Shown piece by piece: positions 59,640-64,000 of a stretch of 64,000 nt of DNA. This DNA is from Patescibacteria group bacterium UBA6164 (GTDB taxonomy: Bacteria > Patescibacteriota > Gracilibacteria > BD1-5 > UBA6164), in NCBI GenBank assembly GCA_002422305.1, contig DIUG01000068.1, positions 2,811 through 66,810 on the forward strand. The letters are read 5' to 3'. The translations under genes and the position numbers were made by a program. The notes under the pieces are model-generated. The model ran no database searches. It worked only from the letters and a program-made list of their open reading frames with translations, and was not told the origin of the DNA. Position 1 is the first letter of the stretch. Each line of letters opens with the position of its first letter.

Positions 59640-60880
59640 AATCAAATATTCCGAAAATAAGGTTTAAAGAATTTTCTTGAGAATGGGAGGAAAAGAAAAT
59701 AAATCAAACAAATTTAGAAGTTATTGACTGAGATAGATGAAATAATTATCCAAATTGAGATGATTTTTCTTCTGAATGATATTGTTTATTTATGAATGCT
59801 AAAAATGTAACAAATTGATGATTTGTCTTCAATGAAAAATCATTTATAACAAAAGAAAAAGATGAACAATTAAATAAATGAAAGTTAAAAAGGTGAGATT
59901 TAGTTTTAACTACAAGATGAACAATCTGAAATTTTGCATATTTTGATGATAAAATAAAATTTGATAATTTAAGAATAAATTCTTGAATGGTAATATTAAG
60001 AAATAATAATCAAAATTTATCATCAAATTATATTTATAAATATTTTGATTTTAGTTTATTAAAAAAACAAATTTCAAGAATATCATTTTGAAGTGCTCAA
60101 CCACAACTAACAGTTAAAGATATAAAATCTTTAAATATTTCTTTTCCAACTTTAAAAGAACAACAAAAAATATCTTCTTTTTTATCATCAGTTGATGAAA
60201 AAATAGAAAAAATAAAAGAAAAAAAGAAAAATCTTCTAGATTATAAAAAGTGAGTTATGCAAAAGATTTTTAACCAAGAAATTAGATTTAAAGATGAGAA
60301 TTGAGAAGAGTTTAGAGAATGGGAAAAAAAGAAGTTGGGAGAGATTGTAACTTTTTCAAAATGAAAATGACTTTCAAAAGATGTTATAACTGAAGATTGA
60401 AAAAATAAATGTATTCATTATTGAGAATTATTTACTAAATACTGACCAAAAATTAAAAGTATATTGAGTAATACTAATTTAGAATGAAATTTAATTTTTA
60501 GTGAATGAAATGAAATTTTAATGCCAACTTCTGATGTTACTCCAAATTGATTAGCAACTTGAAGTGCATTATTAGAAAAAAATGTAATTTTATGATGAGA
60601 TATATTGATAATAAAATGAGAAAAATTATATAATTTATTTTTTGCTTATTACATATCTTCTCATAAACAAGATATAATGAAACTTGTTTCTTGAAGTACT
60701 GTATATCACTTATATGGCTCTGATATGAAAAAATTAAAACTTTTTCTTCCAACTTTAAAAGAACAAGAAAAAATCGCAGATTTTTTAAGTGGAATTGATG
60801 AGAAGATTGAAAAAGTAAGTGATGAACTTGGAAAAATTGAAGAGTTTAAGAAAGGTTTGTTGCAGGGGATGTTTGTTTAG
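59627..60880 (+). CDS. hsdS: Type I R-M specificity subunit (two target-recognition domains)
   Basis: The conserved spacer motif is repeated: FPTLKEQQKISSFLSSVDEKIEKIKEKKKNL and LPTLKEQEKIADFLSGIDEKIEKVSDELGKIEEFKKGLLQGMFV. Confidence 0.85.
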
Positions 60881-60908
60881 AGGAGTTTATATTTTAATTT
60901 ATAATTTA

Positions 60909-62150
60909 ATGACTTTTTGGGAAACTGTTTTAGCTACAGTTATTGCATGAGTAATAATTTCACTAATAACTTGAATATGAGTATATAGAAGAGAAATATT
61001 TTTATTTTTTAAAAGATATAAATTAAAATATCTTCCGGTTACTTTTAATTTTGCTTTTTCTATTGAATTTCAGGAATGACTTAATACTTGAAAATATTTT
61101 AATGAATTGATTAAAAATTTTAAAAAAATTATATCGGATGAAAGTTTAAGTGATGTAATAAAAATTAATAATTTTTCTGATATTTATTTGTTCAATAATA
61201 AAGAAGAGGCTGAGATATTTAAAAAGAAAAAAGATTTAGATTTAATTATTTGGTGAGATTTTTCAAATGATGTATTAAAAGAAAAATGAAAATGAAAATT
61301 AAGTAAATTAGATTTAAAATATACATATTGAATATTAAATGATGATAAATGAAATATTTGAAGATTAGTTCAAAATGATTTATCTACAAAATTTGCCGAA
61401 AAAAATTATTGGACTATATATGATGAAAATTCTTATAATGATATTAAAATAGTTTGAAATAACTTATGAGATATGGCTTTATATATTTTATCAGTTTCTT
61501 TAAAATTTCAATGAAATTTATTAAAAAGTACAGAAATATTAGAAAAGCATTTAAATAATTTATTAAAAAGAAATGATAATTTTATAAGACATATTAAATT
61601 TCATTTATTTAATAATTATGAATTATTTATAAAAGATATACTATTTAATACAAATAAATACAATAAAGAAAAAAGATATTTTTTATGAAAAGAATATTGT
61701 AATAAAATTTTAAATTTATTTCCTGATAATTTTTTTGCATTAACTAATTTAGCATATTTTGAATATAATACATGAAATAAATATAAAGCTAAACAATTAA
61801 TTGAAATAATTAAAGATAAATACTCAAAATCACCTTGTTATATGGTTAATATTTGATTTTTTTATTTACTTGATAATAAGTATAAAGAAGCTTATAAATG
61901 GTATAATCAAATTTATAATATAAAAAGAGAATTAATAGATTTTGAACCAATAGATGTTATATCTTTTTTATCTTTAGAATATGAAAAAATTAAAAATCCT
62001 TGATTACTATTTGCTTCATGATTATTATCACATTTATATTGAGATAAGAGTATTGCAAAAAAGGATTTATCAAATTTTATAAAAATAACTGATAAAGAAA
62101 AAGCGAAATTAATGTATAGTAAGGCAGAAAAAATTTTACAGTATTTATAA
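60909..62150 (+). CDS. N-terminally membrane-anchored helical-repeat (TPR-like) protein (413 aa)
   Basis: MTFWETVLATVIAGVIISLITGIGVY then a soluble helical region. Ends at TAA 62148-62150. Confidence 0.5.
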
Positions 62151-62274
62151 CTTTATATATGAATAACATTCAAACTGAAGCACAATTAGAAGAAAAATCA
62201 GCTTGTTAATAAATAGATAGATAGCTATTTGAACCCTATATTGAAAGAATATTTTATATTTTAATTTTCGTATT

Positions 62275-62793
62275 ATGAAAGAGTTTATTATAAATCATTG
62301 GGATAAAATAATTTTTATTTTACCTTTTTTCTTTTGAATCTATCAATTTTATAAAACAAAAAAAGCAGAAATAGAAATTGAAAAATTAAAAGCTAAGTTA
62401 GAATTAGAAAAAGATATAGATATACTTAATAATAAAAAATATAGAGAAGGCTATCAAAATTATCTTAACTTAATATTTAATGATATAGAAGAGAAAAGAT
62501 GAATAAATATGACAAAAAATGAAAAATGAATAAATGATTTTATGAGAGTAGCTTTATTATTTGCTTGACCAGAAACTATAAAAGCATTTTGATTATATAG
62601 AAAGGCATGCTGAGTTAATAAAAATAATCTTTTATATATGGAATCTTTACTTTTTTCTATGAGAAAAGATTTATGAGTAAGTAATGATTGATTAAAAGAA
62701 TATGATATTTTGCAAACACTAGTTATATGAGACATAAAACAAGAAATTGAAATTTTTGAAAAGATAAATTCTATTAAAAAATCAGCTAGTTAA
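62275..62793 (+). CDS. hypothetical protein with N-terminal TM segment (172 aa)
   Basis: ATG 62275 to TAA 62791-62793. Flanked by related ~40-bp sequences at 62196-62237 and 62778-62818. Confidence 0.45.
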
Positions 62794-62901
62794 CAGATAG
62801 CTTTAGCTATTTGAAATTATAAAAACTAAAATTAATCTATAAATTCCCATAAAAACTTTCCAATCAGAAGCACAAAAGAAAATAATCTATAAAAACATGT
62901 A

Positions 62902-62940
62902 AACTTTACTTTACATATAAGTTTAATATGTAAAGTAAAG
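62902..62940. promoter_or_regulatory. perfect 16-bp inverted repeat operator upstream of the Fic gene
   Basis: actttactttacatat (62902-62917), a 7-nt spacer, atatgtaaagtaaagt (62925-62940). A third half-site ctttacatataat follows at about 62949. Confidence 0.5.
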
Positions 62941-63019
62941 TATCAAAATCTTTACATATAATTTGACTTTTTTATAAAAAATATATACTAAAATATAAAT
63001 ATAAAATAATTTTTAATCT

Positions 63020-64000
63020 ATGTTTGATCCTAAAAAACCATATAATGAACTTCCTTTTCTTCCTTGAAATTTCGATTTTGAACAAAAAGAAATTTTAAAA
63101 CTTACTATTAAGGCTAGTGAGTCAATTTCAAAATTGAATTGACTAATTTATTTAGTTCCAAATCTTGAAATACTTATATCTCCACTTTTGACAAAAGAAT
63201 CAGTAGAATCATCAGCAATAGAAAATATAAATACAACTACAATAAAAGTTTTACAACAACAAGCACTTTGAGAGAAATATATTAAATGACCAGAAAAAGA
63301 AGTATTACATTATCATAATGCTATTTTAAATTGATTTAAAGAACTAAAAAAACAATGATGAATTGGATATAATTTTTTACTTAATTTACAAAGCATAATT
63401 GAACCAAATAAAACTTGAGTGAGAAAAATCCCTTGAACTGTTATTGCTAATAGTTTATGAGAAGTTTTATATACTCCTCCAGATTCTGAGCAAAATATTA
63501 CAAAATTACTTACAAATCTAGAAAAATTTATAAACGATTTTTGAGATGATATTGATCCACTTATAAAAATGCCAGTTATTCATTATCAATTTGAAAGTAT
63601 TCATCCATTTTATGATTGAAATGGGAGAACTTGAAGGATTTTAAATGTATTGTATTTAGTTTTAGCTGAAAAACTAGATTATCCTATACTTTTTTTGAGT
63701 GAATATATAAATAAAACTAGATCAGATTATTATAAACTTTTAAATCAAACTACAAAAACAGGAGAATATAGTGATTTCATAATTTATTTATTAAATTGAA
63801 TTATAGAGCAATCAAAAAATACTTGAAAAAAGATTTTAGAAATTAAAAAATTAATGAATCAAACACAAGATAAATTAGAAGTTTTAAATATAGACTATCA
63901 TAAAATTACAAATATATTATTTTCTTTTCCATTTTTAACTGTAACAGAATTTTCAAAACAAATTTGAGTTTCAAGACAAACAGTAACAAAATATATAACT
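63020..64000 (+). CDS. Fic-domain protein (AMPylase family), 3'-truncated by the window edge
   Basis: Fic motif HPFYDGNGRTGR, with TGA at 63617-63619 and 63632-63634 encoding the two Gly residues. Has an N-terminal Fic_N-like region, and a wHTH-like region begins at the end. Confidence 0.85.

Noticed and set aside
1-64000. TGA = Trp (genetic code 4, Mollicutes-type) as an alternative explanation for the fragmented ORFs
   Set aside because: TGA codons coincide with invariant Gly in Walker A loops, FxGxG, GNPPF and the Fic motif. Trp would abolish these motifs.

Overview
This is a very AT-rich bacterial sequence that only makes sense under genetic code 25 (TGA = Gly, stops TAA/TAG). That points to a Candidate Phyla Radiation lineage of the Absconditabacteria (SR1) / Gracilibacteria type. 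The supplied standard-code ORF track therefore fragments almost every gene, so all CDS below were re-translated by hand with TGA = Gly and checked for length divisible by three. The window holds about 55 genes.

(1) 1-9234 is a housekeeping-like block: an amidase_2-SpoIID fusion, uvrB, an Ntn amidotransferase, a lipoprotein and a small membrane protein.

(2) 9372-9817 is a tmRNA gene (ssrA).

(3) Directly abutting ssrA is a composite accessory region of about 47.6 kb (9806 to about 57480). It opens with two overlapping large serine recombinases, and the stop codon of the first lies inside the tmRNA 3' end.
- The region is split into three modules by three copies of a ~212-nt repeat. Each copy ends in the tmRNA 3'-terminal core GCTCCACCA (43083, 50203, 57301).
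- A degenerate tmRNA T-arm remnant follows at about 57438-57480.
- Module 1 (9.8-43.1 kb) is defence/conflict-like. It has a LexA-like repressor > Mrr-nuclease/P-loop NTPase > fused C5+N6 DNA methyltransferase > HNH-like endonuclease > GHKL-ATPase/PD-(D/E)xK protein operon. It also carries a DUF2779 / Clp-like AAA+ / two small paralogs block, and a promoter-to-terminator structured RNA of ~190 nt leading a three-gene membrane-protein operon. Further along are a 636-aa protein with a tandemly duplicated alternative 3' cassette, and a TM peptide + NACHT-like STAND NTPase + SF1 helicase with a broken DUF2726 tail.
- Module 2 (43.1-50.2 kb) is a sialic-acid-type (neuC/neuB/neuA) sugar cassette.
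- Module 3 (50.2-57.3 kb) holds an archaeal-type SAM synthetase, inositol-1-phosphate synthase, a frameshifted AspRS-like ligase, a HAD nucleotidase and three kinases.

(4) 57.5-64 kb is a Type I R-M locus (hsdM, an inserted ORF, hsdS, no hsdR) followed by a Fic-domain gene with a perfect palindromic operator.

Several genes carry in-frame TAA codons, frameshifts or short tandem duplications. No rRNA, tRNA or CRISPR array was seen.
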